From positions 292,578,001 through 292,642,000 of the forward strand of contig OZ024740.1 in the NCBI GenBank assembly GCA_964016885.1: a stretch of DNA of 64,000 bases, given 5' to 3'. Each line of letters starts with the position of its first letter. Position 1 is the first letter of the stretch. This document shows positions 27,582 through 40,120 of this stretch, one piece after another. This stretch comes from Eledone cirrhosa (taxonomy: Eukaryota). Made by a program: the position numbers and the translations under genes. Under the pieces are notes generated by a model. The model made no database searches and was not told where the DNA came from. It saw only the letters and a list, made by a program, of their open reading frames with translations.

Positions 27582-30500
27582 TTACAGATACGTACTCAGA
27601 GTAGGCCCATTCACTCGGGCCATTCTTGCTTCTCTCACCCATCTTTCAACAAAATGCTGGGAAGAGAGCACTTCCCTCTCTACTCTGATTTTCCTTTTCA
27701 AATGAAATTTGAAAAAGTCAATCAGGGCATCACCGAAAAGGTAAGTGCTCGTCTTCAGCCCTTTCAAACGTGTCCACCATACTATCTCTTTCGCCATGGC
27801 CACCAGACAGATAAAAACTGCCTGCCCTTCCCGGCTAAAGGAAGAGGGCGGGGCAATCCTCACGATGGACTCAGATGATAGCCGGATCCGTCCTACACGC
27901 GACAGCAGGTGTTCGACATAAAGTCAGCAATTTTCGGACACTGGACGAGTGCGTGCAGGACGGTTTCGCCGCCCTGCGCGCATCTCGGACATGCCCGGCT
28001 GACGGCACCTCCATGCCTGTAGAGTTTATCCCGAACTGGCAAGGCTCCTCGGTAGCACTGCCAGGCCAGGGATTTCTGGAAGTTGTCCATAGGCCCCGGC
28101 CTGAAAGTTCTTCCGAAAAGATTGGCTAGTTGATTTTCGTCGACGCCTAGAGTTTCCCCAAGTACGTCGTCGCTCTTCCCCTCCACTAATCCTCTATAGA
28201 ACGTCAAGGTGGAGTTTCCACTGATCACATAGCCCGATTGGTCGAGGGCTGTGAGCGCCTGAAGACATTCCAGTCTCCAAGCGCTCCCTCGAGGTCTTCG
28301 CTTGACCCAGGACTGCAGCTCCGTCAAGGAGACGAGCTGGGGAAAGACGCGTCTAGCAAACAGCGACCACACCTGATCACCGTCGAGGAAGAGGTGGAGA
28401 TGTCGTAGCCTGAGCGCATGTCTGCGCATCATCAGCCACAGCATGCCCAGCCCTCCACGTAGCGGGTGTTGACAGCAGATGGACTGCCTGACCATCGGAG
28501 CGCGTCCCTTCCACAAGAAGCGAAAGAGCAAACACTCCAGCGCAGTCAGGCGAGGCTTAGGACAAGGTACGACGGTCAGGCGGTAGTAGATGACGGACGC
28601 GATGTACGCGTTAGCCACCTCCGCTCGACCTTTCAGGGATAGCTTCCTCTCGGCCCATTTCTGGGTGAGAGAAGCCACCCTGCTCGTCACCTCATCCCAG
28701 TTTTTGTCCGTCTGGAGGTCCGGACCGAACCAGACCCCTAGCAATTTAACCGGTCCGTCCGTCCAGCGCCCGACGACGCTGTTGGACGGCATGGACCTGC
28801 CTCTCCAGGTGCCGAGCTGCAGGCCCACTGACTTTTCCTGGTTGATCATTGCTCCTGTCACCGCTTCGTATTCTCTTAGTGTAGTGCCGATCGCCTCGAT
28901 GTGTTTGGCGTTCGACACCACTACGATGACATCGTCCGCATATGCTGACACGGATCTTCCCCATCCTAGTTCGCGCGGGACCCCCTGAACGTCTCCAATT
29001 TGTGCAGTAATGGCTCGAGAGTCAATACGTACAAGAGGGACGAGAGGGGACATCCTTGGCGGACCGAGCGCATGATATTGAACGGTTCCGAAAAGTGACC
29101 GTTCACTCTCACCACAGAGCAGATGTCGCTGTGCATGGCAGCGATCCAGCCTCTGAAGACGGGCCCAAAGCCAGCCGCCCTCAGGACTGCCTAGGTAACG
29201 ATGGTAAACCCTATCGAAAGCTTTCGACTGATCTAAATTGATCAAGGACCCACCCGTGCCAGGTTCGCTAGCTACCGTCTCCACGATGTATCGCATGAGG
29301 TGGAGGTTGTCGTGGATGGATCTGTCGGGAATGGCGCATGTCTGCGCCTTTCCCACCAGACCACCAACGACAAGCGCCAACATCTTTGCTAGCACCTTGG
29401 CCAAAATCTTGAACTCTGTGTTTAGCAGAGTTATGGGCCTGAAATTATCTATGTTATCCCCCTTGTTCGGATCCTTTCTCAGCAGCGCCACCGCTCCTCG
29501 GCTCACAGAGCTGGGAATTCTCCCGTTCTGTTGCCAGTTGCAGTAGACGTCCGCCAAGAGACCTCCGAACAAGTCTGGCATCTGTACGTAAAGTTCATAG
29601 GGCAGACCATCCAAACCAGGCGATTTACCCCTTGTGCAGCCAGTCATTGCCTCTCGTACTTCAGCGGCTGTTATCGGCTTTTCGCAACACTCCGCCTTAG
29701 TGGCCGAGAGCCGCGGCAGTCCGTCGAGGTAGACACTAAAGTCCATCCCTAGATCCGGCCCGCCGCTACCCCCGAACAGTTGAGCGAAGTGTCGCTGAAA
29801 AGCTTCACACATTTGCCGGGGATCGAGTAGCATGCACCCGTCGTGGTCCACCGAAGACCGGATCGTGGCTTTGTTGCCACGACGCGCCTCCGCCACTCGG
29901 GCCCATTGAACGGCTTTCGTCGCCTCGTGTCTGAGAGCACGCACCCTAGCTCTGACAACGCAGCCTTCGTGCTTTGCATTGAAGAATTGGTCAAGGGCCA
30001 ATTTCGCCGCAAGTACTTCGGTCGCGATGCCTTTGCTAAGCGCCTCGTCTAATTTTCTAACTAGTTCTCCCTCTGCTCTATTTTTCTCTATAGCTAAAGC
30101 CTTACTAAACCTAATGGACTCTATTCTAATCGCTCTTTTCAGAGAAAACCACCACTTGTAGTTGACGATGGCCCCCGTCAACGCCCGCTTAACTAGTTCG
30201 CTAATCCGGTCTCTGTAGGCCTTGCGCGCTGGTAAGGACGCGTTTAGCTTCCAGTAGCCGGGTCCTCGTCTATGAAGCCTATCTAAGTCAAACACACAGA
30301 TCACGAATTTGAGGTCCGTGTAGCTGACTATCTTGAATTGTGGACAGCCTATGCTAGACCTATCTATTTCCCTACAATATACTCTATCTAGATATGATCT
30401 GGATGACCCGATACAGTTTGTCCAAGTCCACATTGGCACATTCGGGAAATCCAATCGGTACCTGTAAGACAGTTCAAAACGCATGAGCAGGTTGGTGAGG

Positions 30501-30979
30501 CTCTTGCAGCCTCCTCCCTTATCCGCTAATCCCACACAGTCCCAGCGTGCATCTAAGATCCCGTTCCAGTCGCCCACTAACACTAAAGAGCGCGACGTTC
30601 CAAGAAAGGTCTCCAGACGCCGGAAGAAATCAGGCCGCCCTGCTCCTGTCGGGGCATAGACGGCCACTAGCCTGAAAGCTTGCCCGTCTCCGCTGGTCAC
30701 GTGCAGCACCACCAACTTACCTTCTGGGTCCAGGAAGATGGCCCGTATGGAGAGATCCAAACCTCTCCGAAAAAGCACAGCAACTCCTTCCCCCGATCCA
30801 GGACGGCTGGGAGATGCGTACACATCGTAGCCGCCGAAGGCCCGTGCTTCGGAGATTCTGGTCTCGCTGATGGCCACTACACCTACGTTTAGTGACCTGA
30901 GATCGTTGAGCAGGTGGCCCTGCTTCCAAGACGACCCCAAGCCACGCGCATTTATGCTGCCTATTCTGAGTGAGGTCAT
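27582..30979 (-). pseudogene. LINE ORF2 (APE endonuclease + reverse transcriptase + zinc domain), frameshifted
   Basis: SINARGL, ISET, VYAP, GDWN, YLDR (APE); KSPGLDGLP, FRPITLLN, DQSKAFDRV, YADD (RT); CPRC..ET..H; motif RQGCPLS is in another frame between about 29190 and 28980; a further shift occurs near 27920. Confidence 0.93.
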
Positions 30980-31013
30980 GTTGAAATGGAGTGGAAAAGA
31001 TGGGAAAGACCAC

Positions 31014-32926
31014 TTACCTTACTTCTCGTAGAGGAAGGATGGTTACTCCATCCTTTTCACTGCTTGTGGCCCCCTCCGGAAGGATGTCCTTATAAATCCT
31101 CCTGGAGAGTGCTTGTCGGAAGTCTCCGATGTCTTTGGGGAATTTTTGTTTTAGTGTCGTGTACGTTTTCTGTGTGATGCGAGTGATTTGTATGTGTGGA
31201 GGTGGTGTGAACTTTTGGGGTGTTGTGTAGTCTTTTTCTGTGATGCTGGTGTTGTGTTGGATGTAGTGTAATAATTGGTTGTTGTTCAAATTTAATGCTG
31301 TGTAGTGTGTACCGTTTTGGTTGTTTTGTTTTGTTTGCGTTTGTTGTGGGTTTGTTTCTGTTTCGCTTTTTGGTGACTTTTGTGGTGCTGGTGTTGGTGG
31401 TGTTGGGGTTAATGATGGTGATGGTGTTGGTGTTTGTGGTGATGGGGTTGGTGATGCTGGTGTGGATGGTGGCATAGCTGTCCTAACTTTTTTGTTTCAT
31501 AGTTTATTTGTTTCCTTCTGTATTTTGTTTTTGGAGGGGGAAGGAAGAGGATTTTTTCTTTTTTTCTTTTTTCCTGATACAGTTTCCCACTCCCCGTCGT
31601 CACAATCTGTCTCCAGTTGCGATAGGTCGGGGAGTGGAAAATCCTCCACAGGCGTTGGTTTTGGTTGTGGCGTGGTGGATGGTGGAGGCGCTGGTGCTAG
31701 TTCTGGCGCGGTGGGTGGTGGTGGTGGTGGTGGTGGTTTTGCTACAGTTGCTTCAGTTGTTGCTGCCATTTCTGCTGCTGGTGGTGTTGATGGTTGAGTC
31801 ACTGGGTGGGTAAGAGAGGTGGCCTCAACTTTTTAGCCTGAGGGCAGAAAGCCTTTAGGTGGGTTCTTTCACCACAAATGACACACCTAGGCCTTCTACC
31901 CTCGACGATTACGGTGAGGTGGCTGCTGTCAGTGAGGTCTATTACCTCTGGGATTTCCTCAATTTTTTTTTGGTCCGCTTGGATCAGGAGCTCCATCCCA
32001 GATCCGGACCAGTTCTCCTGCTTTTCTTTTGATATTTCAATTATTTTGGTGTTGGCCTCGATGCCGGCGAGGACGGCAGCCATTAGCCAGGGAATTTCGA
32101 TGGCCGGTGGAACGTGGGTCACCCTGATCTTCACGAGTCTCTGGACACAATAGCTTGGGACGAGTGTGAAGTCGTCGCTTCGTAATGGGGCCATAGGGTG
32201 CTCTCTGGCCTTCTGTGGTGTTCCAAACAACACGTTCACAGTTCCATATTTCTGCCCACGTCTGATGTCGGTTTTTTTCGCCCACACATGTCCCAAAGCT
32301 TTTTGGATTTGGGACTCGGATGCCCGTTTCACTCGGCGCGATTTTGTGTTAATCGTCCGATAAGACACGGTGCATAGGCGCCGATGCTCCATTTTATTAG
32401 GTGGGGGAGGGGGCTGACCCTGTACCCGTCTTTCTTTACCATTCTCTTGGCTTCATTTAATTCCTTCTGAGTTACCTCGATTGTTTCGCATTTCTTAGCT
32501 GCTTTGGCAAACGACACATTTGCCGTGGTGTTGATGTTTTTGTTGTTATTCTCATTGTTGTTGTTGCTGTTGTTGTTATTGTTATGTTTGTTATTGCTAT
32601 TTTTAGTTTCAGTTGTGGTGGTGGTGGCGTCAGTGGTGTTCCGTGTGGAAGAGTCGATTCTGGGTGAATCCATTTCGATGTCACGAGATAATTTTTTTTT
32701 CTTTTGTTTCTGTTGTCGCTGTGGTGGTGGTGGGGGTGGCGGCTTTAACACCTGCAGCTCTTGGTAATGGCGGAAAATGAACGTCTGCATGAGACAAATT
32801 TAAATTATTGCTACTGCTTATATTTTTAGTGTCGGCAAACGTAGTAATATTTACAATGGTGGTGTTGGTGTGAGGTGTTAGTTTGTGAGGAAGGCTTTCA
32901 GCCTGGTGTGGCTGTGAGTCGTCCAT
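31014..32926 (-). pseudogene. LINE ORF1 (gag-like, CX2CX4HX4C knuckle), split by frameshifts
   Basis: ORF pieces 32681-32926, 32329-32790, 31799-32392 (EGRRPRCVICGERTHLKAFCP), 31497-31802 (Pro-rich, WETVSGKKKKRK), 31014-31475. Confidence 0.85.
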
Positions 32927-33140
32927 GATTTTTTCAAAGAAATTTTTTGTTTGATAATTATAAAAGTTTAAATTTTGGGCTCAAGGCCCCAATCCTTTTG
33001 AGTGTCCCTTTCCGAAAGCAATATATGTGAACTTATAAACTCTTAACAACAACAATTTTCCATAAATGGCAATTTGAAACAATTGAAAACAACAAACCTT
33101 TGCGGAGCTCACGATAATACGATTTCCTACGTAGGTCGCC

Positions 33141-33460
33141 AATAATAATAATAATAATAATAATAATGATTTCATTTATTGGTCACAACCACAAGGGCCG
33201 ACATATAGGGGACAATACAAAAACTGGGACAGTGGGGGTTTACATATACAACGTGTAAACAATATAAATAACAAGAAAAAAAAAAAAAATACAAGAAAAA
33301 TTCCCCAATAGGAGGGATGACCACCCAGGGTTCACTCAGGTACCCCACCAATCCTGAACGACCCGACGGTTTGAGAGCACCCGGGAAGGGCTCCCCTCTC
33401 CTCCTCAAATTCACCCACCTACAGGCGCATGATCAGAGTAGGCCCACTCACACAGGCATT
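33141..33460 (-). mobile_element. Tx1/L1-type LINE copy C, 5'-truncated 3' end
   Basis: Last ORF2 codons, a 3' UTR similar to copies A/B/D, and an (ATT)n tail at 33141-33168. Confidence 0.85.
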
Positions 33461-34030
33461 TGCTATTGCGTCAACTGTTGTTGATACTGAACTATTGCTG
33501 GGACGAATTAGTAAAGTGAAATTATTATTACCAGAGGATAATAACAGTAAGTACAACAACGTTTACTGCTGGTAAGATGAGAATTTCACCAATAGAATCT
33601 GGTTTTCCACCCTTAGCGATTAACTTTTAAACTTTGCAGTCTATTTATGTTGTTCTTCTGGTGCGTTTAATACATCTAGTTGCTTTGCATGAGAGAAAAT
33701 ATTTTAAAATTAGGGATCGAATTCTGGCAAATCTGACAAAATTGTTGATGAATGAAGTTCTTCTTCGGTTGTGAACTGATAAGACATGACAACTACTAGA
33801 AGTGAAATCCTATTAATTAAGTCTCTGCTATTTCTAATAATGGTCTATATCGGCAACAGTTAGTTTATATGAATGTTCGATAGAAGTATTCGATAAATTC
33901 GATTGATGAACCGAGAGAATAATCTAAAGTTTTGATCCCTTGTTTGAGAGCGCGTTCTTAAATGGCTAAAATGATTTCCATGGAATATTCGTATGACTCT
34001 TTATCTCTTTTACATTTTCCAGTCGATTGG
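33461..34030 (-). mobile_element. hAT (Charlie/Buster-type) transposase fossil, upstream half
   Basis: Minus translation LIAKGGKPDSIGEILILPAV...PSNSSVSTTVDAIA resembles the Charlie motif LIAKxxKPxTIGExLILPA...PLSNxTVxRRIxxMA. Confidence 0.72.
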
Positions 34031-34099
34031 CAGCGTCTGTGTAACTTTGTATCTTCTTAAATAAAGTAAGTGTTCAAGAGAAATATACGCCATTACTTT

Positions 34100-34555
34100 C
34101 GTTTAAAAAAATCAAACAAATATAACTTTTAATGTTTACTACATTTTGGAAACAAGTTATACAATGATGGAAATATTAAAATAAAAGATAAAAATAAAAC
34201 CGAGTAAAGAAAAAACAAGAGGGGGAGGTTAAAGAAGGGCGGTATAGGAAAGTAAAGGAAAGGACTATAAATGCCATAAATATGAAGAAAAGGAGGGAAA
34301 GAGCAAGGACTATTGGGTAGCGAGAGAAAGAGAGAGGGAAGGGGAGAAGGTGACAGACTCTACACCTAGGTCGAGGCGGTGTTTCGGTTGCACCTCACGA
34401 AAGGCATTTCCGCGAACAGTGGCCAGCAACACCCGCTGGAACAGCCACACCACCCTGCGGGGCTCCGTCCACAGAAGGGCTGTTGACGTTCCGATTTTAC
34501 GGATGAGTTCCAGGACGCCTGGAATCGCGATGGCGATCGACCGGGAGTAGAACAT
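34100..34555 (-). mobile_element. CRE-like non-LTR retrotransposon 3' fragment
   Basis: LIRKIG...EPRRVVWLFQRVLLATVRGNA, resembling the CRE restriction-like endonuclease C-terminal motif LFQRxSxAxxRGNA. Confidence 0.65.
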
Positions 34556-34779
34556 TTCTTAAGTTTTCCAAGAAATGACTGAAAAACATATGCTGAATTC
34601 TCTCTTTCTAAAACAACTATTCTCTGATAGACAACATCGTTAATGTTTAAGTGTCACTCACAAATAGATAAATAATTGTTATAAATAATCTCCGTATGTC
34701 ATAATAGAAGAAAAGTACGTCATTCTCTGAGTTATATTCTTCTTCTTGGTTGTCCATCGTAAACGATGATGACATCTTC

Positions 34780-35455
34780 TTTATTGTTGTTCCCGTCTGC
34801 CGTGGGCACGAAGGTGGCTGTGGAGGCCGATCCTTGACTTGCAGGTCCGGAGACAGTGGGAGTAGGGGAAGAGACCGGAGTCAGACTGGCAACTCCCAGA
34901 GGTTACCTCCACCTATCGCCCATCGCCGCAGGGCTTTGGGAGTGCACGCTAAAGAAGAAACCTGTGCGGGAAAGGTTTATAGTGGGAGGGCCAGTGCACA
35001 GTGACGGTCCCACTCACTCGGCCGCAGAAGCCAGAATCCGGTGGTACGGAGGACCGTCATGACCAGGGACTTCCTTGGCTGCAGTGGATGGCCACGACGT
35101 CTGTAGTGCCTTGCCGTGCCCTAGCGCTCCACACCGCTTGCTGTCGCTGCCTTCGTGACCGTTGGGACGATGTTGTCCTTCTCCACTCACTCCGCCGGGT
35201 CCAGTCTTCGCATGCAGGGGCAGGCATCCCTTATCTAACTCATCGGGGGGTTTCAGACCCGTCCGGCTACCCTCAACCTGGTTAGGCCTGCTAGCCAAGG
35301 CGGTTCACCGGGGTGTGGCCGCTGTCGCATGCTACAGCTTCTTGGAGCCACATGTGAGAGTTGAGTGTCAGGTGGGACCCAATGCAGGACGAGCTGTCCT
35401 GAAAAGGGCATGGCTAGCTCTCCCTACAGAGGTACATGCCCCTCCCTGACACCCC
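34780..35455 (-). mobile_element. GC-rich repeat, probably the 5' region of an RTE-type LINE
   Basis: Sharp GC island with no long ORF; minus-strand ctctcacatgtggctccaag...cagcggccacacccc resembles RTE 5' UTRs. Confidence 0.35.
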
Positions 35456-35459
35456 AGGC

Positions 35460-36880
35460 ATATACACACGCATATACATATACATACATATGTACATGTG
35501 TATATACATATTTACACATTTTTGGATGGCCGTTGACTCTTATGAGTTCTTCTGCTCTTTTATATATATATATATATATATGGTGGCTGCCAACTCGTTT
35601 TCGAGTACGGCCACTACTTTATATCCATGTAGGAGAACCCCTACCGATGCGCTGAACGAGTGTGACTTTTTAGTCCAGCCAGCGACTTGAAAACTCTGGT
35701 ACAAACACTACACTTGTGACAATTATTGACACATAGTGCTGGGCCCATGGTACCATGTGACGACAAGTGCAGAGAGATCTGCAGATATAAAGCAATGCCT
35801 GTGCCGTGAAGCTTTTATAGTGAGCAAAGGCACTGCACAAAGCCAGTCCCACTCTCTTAACCAAGATGATATTTACCAAAAAGAAGAACAAGTCAACATC
35901 ATTGGATACCATCAGGGTTGCAGGTGTTATATCAGAGTTTTCCTTCTCTTAGAATTCTGCCTTGACAAAGGCTAAGGGGTCATCTCTCCCGGTGATTTTG
36001 GATGGCCATTGACTCTTAAGAACTCCATTGCCCTTTGACAGGTTTTGTTTTTAGTCCTGCAGGATGTCCAAAGTCACCCTCCTCACCAAGAAACCTTGGT
36101 GGGGTTGCCAGTTTAGTCGCCAACGACCCGACCATGAGACAGGTTGTACTGGGATACATGTTACCAGTAGCACCAACTGGTGACCTGACATATATATATA
36201 TATATATATATACACATACATACACACATACATACATAGATTATATATATATATGATGGCTGCCCCCTCGTTATCGAGTATGGCCATTGCACGATATACC
36301 ATTATTAATAATTATTAATTAAATCTATCGTGCAATGCCTGTGCGGGAAGATATTTTTTTAAAGTGAGGAAAGACTGTGCACTGAGTCAATCCCACTCTC
36401 TGAGCGACAGTAGCTATAACCCGAAAAGAAGAAAAGATCAACATCATCGGTAACTACTGAGCCGCAGGTTTTATATCGGATTTATCCCAGTTTCCTGAGT
36501 TGCTTTCTCCTAGAAGAATGCCCTGAGAAAGGCTAGGGGTCCTTCACCCTCAATGGTTTAACCGCGCGATCGGGTGTCCAGCCCGACTATTTCTATGTCC
36601 CCGCGCATATACATACACATGCACCCATGTCTCTGCACATATACATATACATACATATGTACATGAGTATATACATATTTATACACTTTTCGCTGGCCGT
36701 TGACTCTTATGAGTTCTTCCGCACTTTGTCAGGTTTTGTTTTTTGTCCTGCAGCGTGTCCAAAATCACCCTCCTCACCAAGTAAACTTGGTGGGGTTGCC
36801 GGTTTAGTCACCGACGACCCGACCTTGCGACAGGTTGTACTAGGTTACATGTTACCAGTAGCACTCAAGAGTGACTCGAC
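35460..36880. repeat. Diverged local duplication of dispersed-repeat modules
   Basis: 36000-36190 resembles 36693-36880, and 35790-35990 resembles 36330-36545; ggcc(g/a)ttgactctta occurs three times. Confidence 0.7.
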
Positions 36881-36934
36881 ATAATATATATATATATATA
36901 CACACACATACATACATAGGTTATATATATATCC

Positions 36935-37372
36935 TGATCCAAGCTGCTCTCACCCACTCCCGTGAAACAGACCGCACCACAGCCCTCTAATCACAACCCC
37001 CGCCCTCCCAACACCCGCGTTCCTTTCCTTCTCACCTACCACCCCATCACCCTACCACTCCGGCGACATATCCTCCGTTCCTTCAGCATCCTCTCTTCTC
37101 GCTTTTTTCCAAACCCACCCATTACTGCTTTTAAGCGACCCTGCAACCTCCTGGTTCGCAGTTCCTTCTCGTCTTCTCCCACGACTCCATCCGGCTCTCA
37201 TCCTTGTTCCCGTTCCAACACTTGTCCCTTCATTTCCACCCTCACCACTCTTACACGCCCTAACGGGTCTTTCTGTATCCACCACTCGTTCACTTGCACA
37301 TCCACCCACGTTGTCTATGCCCTCCGGTGTTCCCTTTGCGGGTCTTTATATATCGGGCAAACGGGGCGCCGT
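36935..37372 (+). mobile_element. Penelope-like element, GIY-YIG endonuclease fragment
   Basis: RVPFLLTYHP...PPITAFKRP.NL...FTCTSTHVVYALRCSLCGSLYIGQTGRR. Confidence 0.85.
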
Positions 37373-37384
37373 ATGGGGGGTGTA

Positions 37385-38350
37385 GCGCCAGATATGACTG
37401 CACAAGTGGGAGTGGGGATACTCACAAGTCCTCGGTTGTCAGAATGTGTTATTGAGTGGATCCCATTGGGAGTGGGTATTTGCCTCTTGAAACTCAGGCT
37501 GAAAGATAGGTCTCAACGGGTGGTGCAAGTTTATGCGCCAAACAAAGTGTCTAAATACAAGTTCTACTTTAGATAAAGGTACGACTGAGTCATATATCCT
37601 GATGGGAGACTTCAATGCACATGTTGGCCCTGACCGCCTGACATGGAGAGGTGTGATTAAAAGGAACAGTGGTCCCGATCTAAATACGAATGGAGAGGCC
37701 TTATTAGACGTCTGTTCTAGCAATGGACTCTCTATTATGGACACCTTCTTCCAGCACAAAGACATCCCTAAAGAGATCAATAATTGATTTTGTTATTGTC
37801 TTTGAGCGCTTCGATTCTGTGCTGGATGTTCGTGTTAAGAGAGGAGCTGAGCTGTCAACTGATCACCATATAGTTATCCTTAACTTGTAACTACCTAAAT
37901 TCAAGAAAGGTTACAAAACTGGCTGGTCCAGGTGGACCTACAGAATAAAGTGGGAAGCGTTGGCGGATAAGGAAATCAGGTTGAAGTATGCAGATACTAT
38001 AGCGTCTAAATTCACAAAACTCCCTGAGCAAACTCAGGATGTCGAAACGGAGTGGATGGAGACTGTTTAGCTCGGCAGTTTCTGCTCCAGCTGCGGGTGG
38101 AAGCGGCTTGGCGGAGTATCAGGTGGCAGGAGGAATCCTTGGTTCAATCAAGAGTTCAAAGATGCCACCCAAGCAAAGAAGCGGAGGCCTACAAATCTTG
38201 GACTGGTAATAAGTCTATCTTCATGCACTTGTAGTACAAGCAAGAACAAAAGGCCACAGCAGAGACAGTAAAGGCATCAAAAGTTAATGCATGAGGGGAC
38301 TTTGGGGTTAAGCTGGAATTCGAATTTACATCAGCAAATAAAGCTGCCAT
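37385..38350 (+). mobile_element. RTE-clade LINE APE endonuclease fragment
   Basis: GVGILTSPRL...VVQVYAPN...[11 protein letters not shown]...DTFFQHK...IDF...VLDVRVKRGAELSTDHH. Confidence 0.82.
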
Positions 38351-39679
38351 CTGCTGACTTCGAAATACGATGTCCTCGTCCAACCTGATATCAGGAATGC
38401 TTCTGGGGTTCGCTTCTCTTCGGAGAGGTGCATCTGTATCGAATGGAGATATAGCGAATTTGAAGTGTTGAGTTGTGAAGTTGAATTGTGTAGCACAATT
38501 TAATGTTGTTGAATAGATGTAGCGATGGATGAATTGGCTTGGTGTTTGTTGTTCTTCATTTGAGCGTGGCAGAGTTTGTAGTAGTAACTGTTGTTGGTTT
38601 GCTGGCTGATTATGCATCAGATAAAAAGTGTCCTAAATATAAGCGATGTGGAGAAAATGCCGAGGAATCAACAAGACACGGTCGGTACATAAAGAATTTT
38701 TATTAAGACAATAGCTTACTTCGAACCTGTTGTCGATAACTCAGGAAAACAACAAAGAACCGAGTGAATTGTGTGTAATATTGGTTTGTGTGAATGTAGT
38801 AGTAATCTGACCAGATGTATGAACTAATCTTTATCGAAGTAGTCCAACCCTTACGACTGGGCTGGAGTGTTTGGCTAAACGCTACATCTCTCTACTACTT
38901 GAAATCTTATCTACAACTCGAAGTGATCCTTCTCTTCCGTAAAACCAGAGTGGAATGACTTGGAAAAAAACTTATCTCATTTAACCTCAAGTTGAGATCA
39001 ACCGAAGATAAAGTGAAACAGCTCTGCCGTGTCGTTTGGAGATCAAGTTTGTTGGTGGTCGTTTAATAGGTGGAATGAAACCCTGTTGAAGAGAGTATCA
39101 AATTACTGCTACACATCCTCGTGAGGTGGATAGAATACTTTGCTGGTTTCCTAAACCCGGTCACAACAGCATCTTCTGATGTTTGTTTTATCTTCAATTC
39201 GAAATCTCAAATTGTTCATAAATTTCTTTCAACTTTGAAACTGTTTCGATAAATTAAAAGAAAAGTAAAATGCTAAAAATTGTAGGAGCCAATGTAGTCC
39301 CTCGACCTGATAAATCTCTCTCAAATCACACAGTCATCTTAAACAAGGGAGGGCATTTTAGATAATGTAGTCGGGGAAAAGACGTAAGGGACACGGGTGT
39401 AACGCTCGTTTACGGTTGACCGGGTGCGAAACAATAACTTTTTTAGTCATTTAAAATTTCTATGAACCAAAAAAAAAAATTAAAAAATTGAATCGATTAT
39501 AAAGGTAAATAACTCTACAATTAGTTAGATTTACTTCCCTTGATATACTTATTTAAATGGTAAACAAACTTCCCGGAGAGCTGGATATAGGTATTTCGAC
39601 CTTTAAGTCCCACGATAGATTTAATGTTACCTACGTTCCATGCATAACCATCGAGTCCTTTTATATATCCAGAACTATT

Positions 39680-40047
39680 CTGTCCTTTTTTTTTAAGACT
39701 AAAGGGCGTGAATGCATAAATATTTGGCTGATGGTTTTAACAAGTCAAACGACTAAGTGTATACATAAAAAGCTAAGCTGTAGTTCGAAGAGGGCAAACT
39801 ATCGGCCGATCTCTGATTGGTTTGAGACTTCTGGCATTCTTGGCCTCCGGACCACATACCTGCTCACTACTATCAGACCGGAGTTGGCTGCCCACAGGTG
39901 CAAGCCCTACGAGTTGGAGGGACTGTTCCAGCGCGTCTCCGTCGCTGTCCTCCGGGCCAATGTCTTCTCCATCCTGTCGGCTGACGGGACATATAGTCGG
40001 AGGGTAACTTAGTTGGAGGTAGAGAATACTCGTTCGGACGTCACACA
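39680..40047 (+). mobile_element. CRE-like non-LTR retrotransposon RLE fragment
   Basis: FETSGILG...LFQRVSVAVLRANVFSIL. Confidence 0.65.
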
Positions 40048-40120
40048 TATAATAATAATAATAATTGTTTCTACTTTAGGCACAAGGCCAGCAATTACCC
40101 AGTGCATTACTGGTACTGGG

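Larger units (their letters stand above)
27303..33140 (-). mobile_element. Tx1/L1-type LINE copy B, near full length (about 5.8 kb), with frameshifts
   Basis: 5' UTR, ORF1 with CCHC knuckle, ORF2 APE+RT+Cys domain, 3' UTR with AATAAA and (ATT)n tail. Confidence 0.93.

Noticed and set aside
36962-37576. 204-aa ORF fusing GIY-YIG and APE endonuclease pieces as a novel dual nuclease
   Set aside because: Both parts are truncated fossils (Penelope and RTE) joined in frame by chance; there is no ATG start, and the downstream APE has stops and frameshifts
38189-39116. Possible LTR-retrotransposon gag remnant and solo LTR
   Set aside because: Only a weak TPSQF-like similarity and TG...CA candidates; no PBS, TSD or second LTR found
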